Below, piece by piece: positions 1 through 8,515 of a stretch of 18,861 nucleotides of DNA. The notes beneath the pieces are model-generated. The model did no database searches. It was not told the origin of the DNA and worked only from the letters and a program-made list of their open reading frames with translations. Position numbers and translations under genes: made by a program. The DNA is from a candidate division WOR-3 bacterium (GTDB taxonomy: Bacteria > Hydrothermota > Tepidihabitantia > SM23-42 > CAYGYG01). Where the stretch lies: positions 1-18,861 of the forward strand of contig CBFGIV010000044.1 in NCBI GenBank assembly GCA_965648915.1, read 5' to 3'. Position 1 is the first letter of the stretch; the number at the start of each line of letters is the position of its first letter.

Positions 1-652
1 AAGATTCCCGGCTGGCGTGATATGTCTGGAGTGATTAAGAAAAAGATTGAGAAGGTGGCTTAAATGATTATAATATCGCCGTTAAGGTTGTGTTATTATG
101 AATTTCCACGAATATCGGGACACAACCGTGATTGTCGCCGATAAGTTTCATATAATTCGGATGGCCAATTATGCCTTGGATTTCACGCGGCGGGTGCTTC
201 AGCGACAGGCGAAAAAAGGCAGAAAGAAGATTATATTTCGGGCAAAGCATCTACTTTTGAAGGCACATGAGCGTTTGGCACCGGAGGAACACGAGCGCCT
301 TCTGGCTTTATTCAAAGATGTGCCATTATCAGGTGATGCCTATGAACTAAAGGAGCTCTTACGCCAGATTTATCAGGTGGAGGATTATGATGATGCCTGT
401 GGTTTATTGCAGTGTTGGTGTCGTATGGCTTATGATTCTAATCTGCCTGGTTTTCGTAAAGTAGCAAAGACCTACTTACGGTGGTTTGATATTATTACCG
501 ATTATTTCAAGTATCATCTTATCAATGGTTTTACCGAAGGGATGAATAACAAGATAAAGTTGGATAAGCGAATGGCTTATGGTTATCGGAACTATTCCAA
601 CCAGCATTTGCGGATTTTAGCTCGCAGCGCCCGGAGATTTAAAAATACTTGA
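1..652 (+). pseudogene. ISL3-family transposase, C-terminal remnant (frameshifted upstream of nt 98)
   Basis: ORF 98..652 has ISL3 motifs IVADKFHI, LKELLRQIY and NGFTEGMNNKIK..KR.AYGYRN. Upstream ISL3-like pieces lie in other frames and end in stops: KKKIEKVA*(38/40-63) and DYNIAVKVVLL* (66-101). Confidence 0.85.
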
Positions 653-816
653 CAATTGCCAATTTATAGATAAAGTATTCACGATTGTTCTTTGAAAATT
701 TTCGGTTAGGTGCCTGTTCTTGGGTCTGAAAGGGGGTGATAAAAATTTTAGAGATGGCTCAAAAACCCGGTAAGAAATTAGTCTAAGGTTTATGGCATGG
801 AAATTGGTATGGTAAT

Positions 817-999
817 AAGGCATAGTCTAAACTAAAAGTAAAAAAGGTTTAGTAAATTTAGAAAATAGTAAGTAAAAAAGAGGTTTGATTTCTACTGTTT
901 ATTCTCAATGCCATTTTTTATTTTCCTAAAACCAATTTCTGCTTCTTAGACAGTGAGACCATACGAACTGCCATGTCCTAAGACAAAAGACTATGCCTT
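817..999. repeat. 12-bp perfect inverted repeat pair AAGGCATAGTCT (817-828) / AGACTATGCCTT (988-999) around an AT-rich non-coding segment
   Basis: Read directly from the sequence. No target-site duplication is visible. Confidence 0.45.
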
Positions 1000-1065
1000 G
1001 TCTCGGAGTGTGGTTTGAAGGTTCTATGGCTCTGCCTTTCTTCTACATAAATGGTTAAGAGCTAA

Positions 1066-2212
1066 AATTTTGTGCCCTGGGTGAATCCAACTTTAACTAT
1101 TCCTTCTCTCGCCGTTTCGGCCGCAGTCGCAGTTCTGGTCATTGCCTGTCCCTGTGCGCTGGGTTTGGCAACCCCTACCGCCTTGATGGTCGGTTCAGGG
1201 ATCGGTGCTGAACGTGGTATCCTTTTTCGTTCCAGTGAAGCGATTCAGAGCTTAAAAGCAACTGAAGTTATAGTCCTGGACAAGACCGGTACAATCACGA
1301 AGGGGCGGCCCGAGGTTACCGACATTATTAATTATTACTGATGGCGAATTCTCAGAAGAAGAGTTGTTAAAGTTAGCCGCCAGCCTTGAGTTAGGCTCAG
1401 AACACCCGCTATCCGGTGCAATAGTCGAATCAACCCGGGCCATGGGTTTAAAAATAAGTATCCCTGAGGATTTCGCCGCCATAACGGGTAAAGGGGTAAC
1501 CGGCCGAATTGGCGGTGAATCAGTTGTAATTGGCAATAAGAGATTATTCGATGAGATGGATATCGCTTATTCGATGCTGATCGAGAAGATTGCCGGATTA
1601 GAAAACGAGGCCAAAACAACTGTGCTTGTCTCAGTTGACCGCAAGATTGCGGGTGCGATCGCTATCGCCGATTCACTAAAAGATGATTCAAAGAAAACCC
1701 TTGAAGATTTGAAGAAGATGGGTTTGACTTTAGTTATGTTGACCGGTGACAACGAGCGGACCGCAAAGGCAATTGCGAAGAAAGTCGGCATCGAGAAGGT
1801 CGTGGCGAACATCTTGCCCCAGGATAAACAGAAAGCAATTAAGCGACTTCAGAGAGAATACGGAAGTGTTGTTATGGTTGGTGATGGCGTAAATGATGCA
1901 CCGGCCCTGACTCAGGCAAATGTTGGAGTAGCAATCGGTACCGGGACCGATATTACCATTGAATCATCCGATGTGACACTGGTGCAGGACAGCCTATCCG
2001 GGTTGGTCACAGCCATTGCGATATCGAAGACAACCTTTAAGAAGATAAAACAGAATTTTTTCTGGGCACTATTCTATAATGTGGTTGCTATACCGCTTGC
2101 CGTGCTCGGTTTACTTCATCCATTAATCGCTGAAATTGCTATGGCGGCAAGTTCAATTAATGTGGTGACCAATTCGTTGCGATTACGACGAGTTATAGAA
2201 AGCAAGCTTTAG
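1066..2212 (+). pseudogene. copA: Cu(+)-translocating P1B-type ATPase, N-terminally truncated and frameshifted
   Basis: ORF 1072..1341 has [12 protein letters not shown] and DKTGTIT. ORF 1364..2212 has SEHPL, TGDN, GDGVNDAPAL, YN (TM7) and MAASS (TM8). The frames are offset by a 7-bp tandem duplication at 1324-1337. An in-frame TAA at 1063-1065 precedes the fragment, and no metal-binding domain, actuator domain or early TM helices are present upstream. Confidence 0.9.
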
Positions 2213-2255
2213 GAGACTAATAGCTTTTTCTCCCTTGATGCTGAATACTTATTAC

Positions 2256-2341
2256 CTTCCCTCTTTCTTGACGGGGAGGATTAAAGTTGGGGTGAAAGAT
2301 AGCGCTGACATCGATTATCATCCTCTACTCAAGCAGGGAAG
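2256..2341. repeat. Degenerate REP-like long imperfect hairpin
   Basis: CTTCCCT(2256)/AGGGAAG(2335-2341), CTTGA/TCAAG and GAGGAT/ATCCTC are nested complementary pairs, resembling CCCTCCCTTGA..GGGAGG..GGGTGA-type intergenic repeats. Confidence 0.35.
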
Positions 2342-2461
2342 TTGTAATGGTTGGAGGTTATAAAAAAATAGGGTCTAAGGAAAATATGAAAAGTGCGTGT
2401 TTCAGAATTTCCGAATAATAGCTTTCTAATCAAAGGATAAGATATTTGAAAAGGAGGCTCG

Positions 2462-4132
2462 GTGAAATCTGATATTGAAATTGCTCGATCGGTAAGACTC
2501 AAACCCATAGTCGAGCTGACCGATGAATTGGGTATCGATCAGGACTTTGTCCTACCTTATGGATTGTATAAGGCAAAGATTTCTTTGAGGGTCTTCAGAG
2601 AGATTGAAGATAGACCCACAGGAAAGTTGATACTGGTCACAGCAATTACACCTACTGCCTATGGTGAAGGTAAGACCACGGTTTCGATCGGCTTGAGTAT
2701 GGCACTTAATAAAATGGGGAAGAAGTCGATCGTAACCCTCCGGGAACCTTCCCTGGGTCCGGTCTTTGGCATCAAGGGCGGTGCGGCTGGTGGTGGCTAT
2801 GCGCAGGTTTTACCGATGGAAGATATCAACCTTCACTTTACCGGTGATATTCATGCTGTGACGTCCGCCCATAATCTCCTGGCCGCAACCCTTGATAATC
2901 ATATCCATTTTGGCAATAAACTCTGTGTTGATGAGAGTGAGATACTTTTGAAGCGGACAATAGATATGAACGACCGTGTTCTGCGCAATATTGTTGTTGG
3001 TCTTGGCGGGAAACCTAATGGTCCAGCCCGGGAAGATGGTTTTATAATCACCGCCGCAAGCGAGGTGATGGCAATTCTTGGGCTATCAAATTCAATCTTA
3101 GAGTTGAAAGAGAGGTTAAACCGAATTCTGGTTGCATTTGATATGGAGGGTAAACCGATAACAGTTCGAGAACTCGGTGTCTGCGGAGCAATGGCTGCAC
3201 TCTTGAAAGATGCGATTAAGCCGAACCTCGTTCAGACGATCGAGCATACCCCGGCTTTGATCCATACCGGACCTTTTGCCAATATTGCCCACGGCACCAA
3301 CAGTATTGTTGCCACCCGGATGGCTCTGAAATTATCAAATTATGTTGTAACTGAGGCGGGATTCGCAACTGATCTCGGAGCAGAGAAGTTTGTCGACATT
3401 GTATGCCGGATAGCCAATTTTAAGGTTGATGGTGGTGTGATCGTTGCGACCATCCGGGCGCTGAAATTACACGGCGGTGCGCCTGAGAAGAATTTGAAGG
3501 CCGGGACAGTTGAAAATCTCAAATTAGGATTAGCCAATCTTGAAAAGCATATTGAAAATATGAAAAAGTTCAGGATCCCGATAGTCGTAGCATTAAATCT
3601 ATTTACGGATGATACACCGGATGAGATTAAGATTGTCAAAGACTTCTGTAATGAAAAAGCAATCCCCTTTGCACCGGTTAGAGCTTTTGAAAGAGGTGGC
3701 GCGGGTGCAATCGAACTGGCCGAAGCAGTGGTTAAAATGATTGAGCAGGAGGAATCAGTAACAAAACCGATCTATGAACTGAACGATACTATTGAGGAGA
3801 AGATAACGAAGATTGCAACCGAGATCTATGGTGCCAATCGTGTCGTCTTTACTCCTAAGGCAGAAAAAGACATTGCGCGGATTGAACAGCTCGGCCTGAA
3901 TAAATTGCCGGTCTGTATTGCCAAGACCAACCGCTCACTATCTGATGACCCAGGCCTTTATGGCCGTCCAACCAATTTTAAGATAACGATCAGCGAGGTC
4001 AGAATTTCGGCCGGGGCTGGTTTCCTCGTTCCCCTGGCGGGTGAGATTATGCTTATGCCCGGACTTGCCAGGACACCAAATGCAACGAAGATCGATATTG
4101 ACGCTGATGGCAAAATATCGGGTTTGTCGTAA
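2462..4132 (+). CDS. fhs: Formate--tetrahydrofolate ligase (FTHFS)
   Basis: 556 aa with MKSDIEIA, TAITPTAYGEGKTT, REPSLGPVFGIKGGAAGGGYAQV, INLHFTGDIHA, HTGPFANIAHG and MLMPGL. AGGAGG RBS at 2452-2457 before the GTG. Confidence 0.98.
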   Translation: MKSDIEIARSVRLKPIVELTDELGIDQDFVLPYGLYKAKISLRVFREIEDRPTGKLILVTAITPTAYGEGKTTVSIGLSMALNKMGKKSIVTLREPSLGPVFGIKGGAAGGGYAQVLPMEDINLHFTGDIHAVTSAHNLLAATLDNHIHFGNKLCVDESEILLKRTIDMNDRVLRNIVVGLGGKPNGPAREDGFIITAASEVMAILGLSNSILELKERLNRILVAFDMEGKPITVRELGVCGAMAALLKDAIKPNLVQTIEHTPALIHTGPFANIAHGTNSIVATRMALKLSNYVVTEAGFATDLGAEKFVDIVCRIANFKVDGGVIVATIRALKLHGGAPEKNLKAGTVENLKLGLANLEKHIENMKKFRIPIVVALNLFTDDTPDEIKIVKDFCNEKAIPFAPVRAFERGGAGAIELAEAVVKMIEQEESVTKPIYELNDTIEEKITKIATEIYGANRVVFTPKAEKDIARIEQLGLNKLPVCIAKTNRSLSDDPGLYGRPTNFKITISEVRISAGAGFLVPLAGEIMLMPGLARTPNATKIDIDADGKISGLS

Positions 4133-4146
4133 ACTGTTTATAAACA

Positions 4147-4171
4147 GGAATACCTGATATTCCCTTTTTTT
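4147..4171 (+). terminator. Probable intrinsic terminator after fhs
   Basis: GGAATA-cctga-TATTCC stem followed by C and a T7 run. Confidence 0.55.
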
Positions 4172-4206
4172 CAACTTCGACCATTCAATAATTAAGTAAT
4201 TAAATA

Positions 4207-4457
4207 ATTACACGACTTTTGCTTTCTTTTATCTGAAGATAAAATTTAGTCTTGCGGGCTCATATTCGCCCGATAGCTCTTAACCATAGAAATTGGAACT
4301 CATTGCTATAAGTCTCGCCGAATTAAATGTTATGGCGCCACCCCAAGATTACCGCTCTTCAGCGAGCAAGGTGGCTTAGGTTATACCCGGGGCTCAGAAT
4401 GAGCCTCGCTGCGCCTAAAATTTATCTTCTTGTTGATTTTTACAAAAGTCGTGTAAT
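4207..4457. mobile_element. MITE-like non-coding foldback element (251 bp)
   Basis: Perfect 15-bp terminal inverted repeats ATTACACGACTTTTG (4207-4221) / CAAAAGTCGTGTAAT (4443-4457), flanked by a TAAATA direct repeat (4201-4206, 4458-4463). Further internal arms at 4235-4249/4415-4429 and 4254-4263/4399-4409. Confidence 0.75.
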
Positions 4458-4526
4458 TAAATATTTATAACTTTCTAAAATCGCATTGTCGGCTCTCAAA
4501 TATTGACTTTTTTTACAGGTGGAGTA

Positions 4527-4554
4527 TTGACAGAAAGGTCGGGCTGGTTAAAAT
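4527..4554 (+). promoter_or_regulatory. Putative sigma70 promoter for the TMTC-like gene
   Basis: TTGACA (4527-4532), 16 bp spacer, TAAAAT (4549-4554). Confidence 0.5.
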
Positions 4555-4662
4555 CTTACCACAGGTGCAATTATGCTGCAATTTTTATTAGGGTGAAAGA
4601 GAGAGGTTGCGCAACCAGGTTCAGGTTGATGTGCTGGTTGAGATTTGTGCAAAACTCAATTT

Positions 4663-6627
4663 ATGGAATTAAAGGGAAAGAATAATTTTACTATTAAACA
4701 TACCGGGAATAGAAATCCATTCGTGGTCGGAGTAATTTTAACTGGTCTAACTTTACTAAATGTGTCTATCTTTTTTCCAATGTTTTACAACGACTTTGTC
4801 TGGGATGATCAGGAGTTTATTGTTAATAATCCAACCATCCGTTCGATTTTCCCGATTACCCATTTTTTTAAAACTCAAAGACTTCCGGGTCAGGGCGCAA
4901 TCTATCCAGTGACCGGTGCCCGGCCAATTACGACAATTTCTTTGGCAATAGACTATGCAATCTGGGAACTGAACCCTTTTGGTTATCACCTGACCAATCT
5001 CCTCCTCCATATTCTCTGTTGCCTGGGTGTATTTTTAATTGCAAGGAGATTATTCCACCATATTATGTTAGCATTTTTGTCCGCACTCTTTTTTGCTTTA
5101 CATCCCGGGCATGCTGAGGCGGTGATTGCCTTTCTCGGCCGGTCCGACCTTATTGCGACCCTGTTTGTTATTACCGGTTTTTTAGCATATCTGAGATTTA
5201 ACGGCAAAACCAGCAAGAGGGCTATCTTTTATGGCTTATCTTTAATCTCGCTTGCCCTCGGGATTTTTGCCAAGGAGACCGGGATCGTGCTCTTCTTTGT
5301 TCTAATTCTTTATGAATTTATCTTAAGGGATGAGCGTGAATTGAAACTGATTGAGAAGATTCTGAGGTTATTACCGTTTCTGGTTATGACAATAATTTAT
5401 ATATTCTATCGGGGTTATGTCCTGGGTGGTAATACTTCAGGGACCGAATGGTGGGGCGGAAGTGTAGAGAAGAACTTTTTAATGATGTTTGAGGTCTATG
5501 CAAGATATCTAAGACTTATTTTTTTACCATTATTTCTGAGCCCTTTGCATACGATTCAGCCACCTGTTTCCCCTTTTAATCTCTGGTTCTTAATCGGTCT
5601 GCTGCTGTTAATATTTACCATCGGTTTGATTATTATATTATTAAGAAAGCACCGGCGACTCTCTTTTTTTCTCTTATGGTTTATCGCTGGATTGATACCG
5701 GTTTCAAATATTATTCCCATCCCGGGTATGATTATGGCTGAGCGCTGGCTCTATCTTCCCTCGATCGGTATCTTAACGGTTATCGCCTGGGGTGTTGTTG
5801 AGGTTTACCGGAAGGCAGGTGCGCGGTTATCTCGAGCCTGGGTTATTCTGATTTTGATGATAATGGTAATTTTCGGCATCAGGACCTTTACCTGGAATAA
5901 AACCTGGAAAAATGAGGAAAATCTTGCTGGGATGATGGTTAGGACCAGTCCTGATAACCATCTGGGATGGAATTTACTGGGTAAGGTATCGGTGGATAAG
6001 GGAAGGGTTGATGATGCCGAGCATCAATTTCAAAAAGCAATCGAACTCAAACCCGAATATTTTTTAGCCCATTCTAATCTGGCGACGGTGTTAAATCTCC
6101 AGGGTAGGTATGGTGAAGCTGAAATAGAATGTCGCAAGGCGATTGAGCTCAATCCCTACTATGCAGAGGCATATAATAATCTTGGGGTAATCTTATGGAG
6201 GCAGGGTCGGACCTCGGAGTCGATAGAGGAATTCGAAAAGGGGATAAGACTGAATCCTGAAAATCCGGTTTTCCATTTTAATCGCGGTCTGGCTTTAGCC
6301 AGAATCGGCTTCTTTGCGGCGGCACTTGAGGATATGGAGAGGGCATTAAGTCTGAATCCGGATAATGTCGATATCCTTTTCAATATTGGAGTAATATTAG
6401 GGAAGATGGGGAGATTTAATGAGGCGGAAAGATTTTTAAGGGAAGTCCTGAACAAAAACGATAATTTTGCCGAAGCCCATTATAACTTGGGGGTCATTTA
6501 TGAGGCCCAGAAACGAATTGCCGAAGCAATCAGAGAATACGAATTATTTTTACATTGTGCAACATATCCGGAAAAGCGAGAATCAGTAATGACAAAGATT
6601 AAGAAATTAAAGAGTTTGAGTCGATAG
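4663..6627 (+). CDS. TMTC-like membrane glycosyltransferase (GT-C fold) with C-terminal TPR repeats
   Basis: NDFVWDD first-loop acidic motif, RP.TT.S.A.DY, GYHLTNLLLH, FALHPGHAEAV, GRSDL, KETG and AERWLYLPS, about 10-11 TM segments, then several TPRs (AEAYNNLG, AHYNLG). The start is uncertain (GTG 4645 or ATG 4663). Confidence 0.85.
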   Translation: MELKGKNNFTIKHTGNRNPFVVGVILTGLTLLNVSIFFPMFYNDFVWDDQEFIVNNPTIRSIFPITHFFKTQRLPGQGAIYPVTGARPITTISLAIDYAIWELNPFGYHLTNLLLHILCCLGVFLIARRLFHHIMLAFLSALFFALHPGHAEAVIAFLGRSDLIATLFVITGFLAYLRFNGKTSKRAIFYGLSLISLALGIFAKETGIVLFFVLILYEFILRDERELKLIEKILRLLPFLVMTIIYIFYRGYVLGGNTSGTEWWGGSVEKNFLMMFEVYARYLRLIFLPLFLSPLHTIQPPVSPFNLWFLIGLLLLIFTIGLIIILLRKHRRLSFFLLWFIAGLIPVSNIIPIPGMIMAERWLYLPSIGILTVIAWGVVEVYRKAGARLSRAWVILILMIMVIFGIRTFTWNKTWKNEENLAGMMVRTSPDNHLGWNLLGKVSVDKGRVDDAEHQFQKAIELKPEYFLAHSNLATVLNLQGRYGEAEIECRKAIELNPYYAEAYNNLGVILWRQGRTSESIEEFEKGIRLNPENPVFHFNRGLALARIGFFAAALEDMERALSLNPDNVDILFNIGVILGKMGRFNEAERFLREVLNKNDNFAEAHYNLGVIYEAQKRIAEAIREYELFLHCATYPEKRESVMTKIKKLKSLSR

Positions 6628-6630
6628 CCA

Positions 6631-7272
6631 TCAATAGAGTTCAAATTCAATTCGATCGGTAAGATTTATTACTGCATAATGGGACGGGAATGGTCCGGGA
6701 TTGATGATCAATGTTTCACCAAGCCGGTCTGAGCCCCTTGCCTCGTGGATATGGCCACAGATGGTTATCTCGGGTTTTTTCTGCTCGATAAAATCCCTTA
6801 CTATTTTACTACCAACCTGGAGACCGAAGTGCGTCCGGTCGAGTCTGGTTCCATAGGGTGGTGTGTGGCTTAAGAAGATTTTGAATTGGGCTTTATCATT
6901 CAGGGTTAAGGGCATAAGGATTTTACTGATCTCTTCTTCCGAATATTCCTGGGGTGTGGCAAAAGGTGTTTTATTGCTGCCGCCAAATCCAAAGATAAGG
7001 AGGTTTTCGATCCTTTTAATTTTTCCTTCAACGCTGATGCCTCTTTTTTCAAGAAAGAGAGAGACCCCGGGCTGATCACAATTTCCGGAGACGGCAAGGA
7101 TATTGCTATTTAACCGGAAAAACTGATCAATTATTGGTTCGGCTTCCTCTTCTGAGCCGAAGTTGGTAATATCACCGGCAATCAGAATTAAATCCGTTGC
7201 ACTGATCTGAAGGGCAATGTCAGGATTATTAAATCTTCGACCATGGATGTCGGTCAGGGCAAAAATTTTCAT
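6631..7272 (-). CDS. Calcineurin-like metallophosphoesterase (Icc-related)
   Basis: Motifs DIHG, AGDIT, GNCD, SHTPP and CGHIHE. Confidence 0.92.
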   Translation of the reverse strand: MKIFALTDIHGRRFNNPDIALQISATDLILIAGDITNFGSEEEAEPIIDQFFRLNSNILAVSGNCDQPGVSLFLEKRGISVEGKIKRIENLLIFGFGGSNKTPFATPQEYSEEEISKILMPLTLNDKAQFKIFLSHTPPYGTRLDRTHFGLQVGSKIVRDFIEQKKPEITICGHIHEARGSDRLGETLIINPGPFPSHYAVINLTDRIEFELY

Positions 7273-7279
7273 ACGATTG

Positions 7280-7307
7280 ATTATATCCGGGTAGTGCCCG
7301 ATGTCAA
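7280..7307 (-). promoter_or_regulatory. Consensus sigma70 promoter, probably leaderless
   Basis: On the minus strand TTGACA (7307-7302), 16 bp spacer, TATAAT (7285-7280), then 7 nt to the ATG at 7272. No SD sequence. Confidence 0.75.
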
Positions 7308-7322
7308 TGATGCAAAGTATTT

Positions 7323-7355
7323 AAAAACAAAAGGGCTGTCTATTTGACAGCCCTT
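7323..7355 (-). terminator. Intrinsic terminator of the Omp28-like selenoprotein gene
   Basis: Perfect 10-bp stem AAGGGCTGTC-tattt-GACAGCCCTT (7331-7355), followed on the minus strand by TTGTTTTT. Confidence 0.85.
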
Positions 7356-7379
7356 GCTAAATAACCCGAATCAATTAAC

Positions 7380-8378
7380 CTATCGGAGCAGAGTAACTTT
7401 TCTGGTTATAATTCCATCTTTGTCGCGCAGCATTATGAGGTAGATACCGCTGGGCAGATTCTGCCCATCAAACTTTATTGTATGGTAACCGTAGTTAACA
7501 TTGCCATCGATCAGGGTCTTAACAAGTTGACCTGAGGAGTTATATACTTTAAGACAGATCTTTTCCGTAATGGGCACTGCATATCCGATATCGATGAATC
7601 GCCTGGATGGATTGGCTGATCTGAGATAGAGATCGAGATTCTGAGGATAGACGCCATTGCCTTCTTCTTCAATAGCGGTCATTGCTTTGACCCTGAGATC
7701 AGCGCCAGTCTGCATTGTATCACCCTGGGCATGGCTGTTCTGGATAAAGACTACCGCCTTGCAGGAGTCCTGACGCCAACTGGTTGCAATCGTGAAGTTA
7801 CGGGTTTTAAGGACCGAATCGTTAGCCGCGAGGGTGAATGTCTCACCATTACCATCCGGGATCATATCCCGCATCGCCTGATTCTGATAATATCCTGAAT
7901 ACATAACGCTATCCTCAACAATGACGAATTGAACTGTTCCAGTATAAGAAGTCGTGCCGGTATTGGTTATCATTGCTCTTAAAACGCCCTGGCGGGTGCT
8001 TCGGTTATAACTACCCGTCAGTCTGATGGTTAAAGGGGTTGGGGCTCGGGTGCGGGCTCTAATATCGGCCATATAGTTACTCGAAATCCAAGCACCATCA
8101 ACCTTGCAGTAAGGGACATAATTCACCCCATAGTAATATCTACGCTGATCGTTTTCAGTTGGGTTGGCTGAATACCAGGGATCTGATCCGGGCCAGGACA
8201 TATGGTATCTGACGACCGTCAGACTATCCTTGAACCGCGCAACGCAACTGTCCATATTTGCGTTTGCGGTCGGACAGTATGGTCAGCCTACATTGGTAAA
8301 TAGTTCAGCCACCACGGTCCGACGGGCGCCGATCATTAAAGAGAATATCATCAGTAAACCGACCAGCACCTTCTTCAT
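7380..8378 (-). CDS. Omp28-related thioredoxin-fold secreted protein with UxxC (selenocysteine) motif and T9SS-type C-terminal sorting domain, 332 aa
   Basis: AAAGGAGGTG RBS (8394-8385) then ATG 8378: MKKVLVGLLMIFSLMIGARRTVVAELFTNVG-[TGA 8285-8283]-PYCPTANAN, in frame with ORF 7380..8255 (YHMSWPGSDP, YGVNYVP..KVDG). The C-terminus reads LKVYNSSGQLVKTL...LPSGIYLIML...TRKVTLLR. Confidence 0.85.
8233..8271 (-). promoter_or_regulatory. Candidate bacterial SECIS hairpin
   Basis: About 12 nt 3' of the TGA the mRNA reads GACCGC-A-AACGCAA [AUAUGGACAG] UUGCGUU-GC-GCGGUU. An alternative stem ACUGUCC/GGACAGU is also possible. Confidence 0.55.
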
Positions 8379-8414
8379 TGCTTTCACCTCCTTTCCGAAC
8401 GAAAGTCTATTATA

Positions 8415-8442
8415 ATAATATACATTATTTAAGATTTGTCAA
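8415..8442 (-). promoter_or_regulatory. Putative sigma70 promoter for the selenoprotein gene
   Basis: Minus strand TTGACA (8442-8437), 16 bp spacer, TATTAT (8420-8415). Confidence 0.5.
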
Positions 8443-8515
8443 GAAGAAAATTTATCTTAAAAAACTGTGGACCGGATCTGCCGATATTATTGTCAGGGAG
8501 CCCGGCATTTTTTTC

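Noticed and set aside
1324..1341. Programmed ribosomal frameshift in copA (as in E. coli CopA(Z))
   Set aside because: There is no slippery heptamer, the site is inside the P/N domain, and an exact duplication plus loss of the 5' half point to inactivation.
2213..2461. ZTP (pfl) or THF riboswitch upstream of fhs
   Set aside because: I could not find the ZTP consensus pieces (GACUGGCG...CGCCUGGG) or a convincing THF-type fold. Only a degenerate REP-like hairpin is present. An Rfam cmscan would be decisive.
2462..4132. fhs as evidence for a Wood-Ljungdahl pathway
   Set aside because: No folD, fchA, metF or acs genes are in the window, and fhs alone is common in one-carbon salvage and amino acid fermentation.
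5950..6520. Periodic nucleotide similarity that might be a CRISPR or other DNA repeat array
   Set aside because: It is explained by 34-aa TPR repeats within the coding sequence. No identical repeats with spacers occur anywhere in the window.
7380..8255. Start of the Omp28-like gene at Met 8255, or calling it a pseudogene
   Set aside because: There is no SD or signal peptide at 8255, whereas the upstream frame has both. The single TGA falls exactly at the CxxC first-Cys position, and no other lesions are present.
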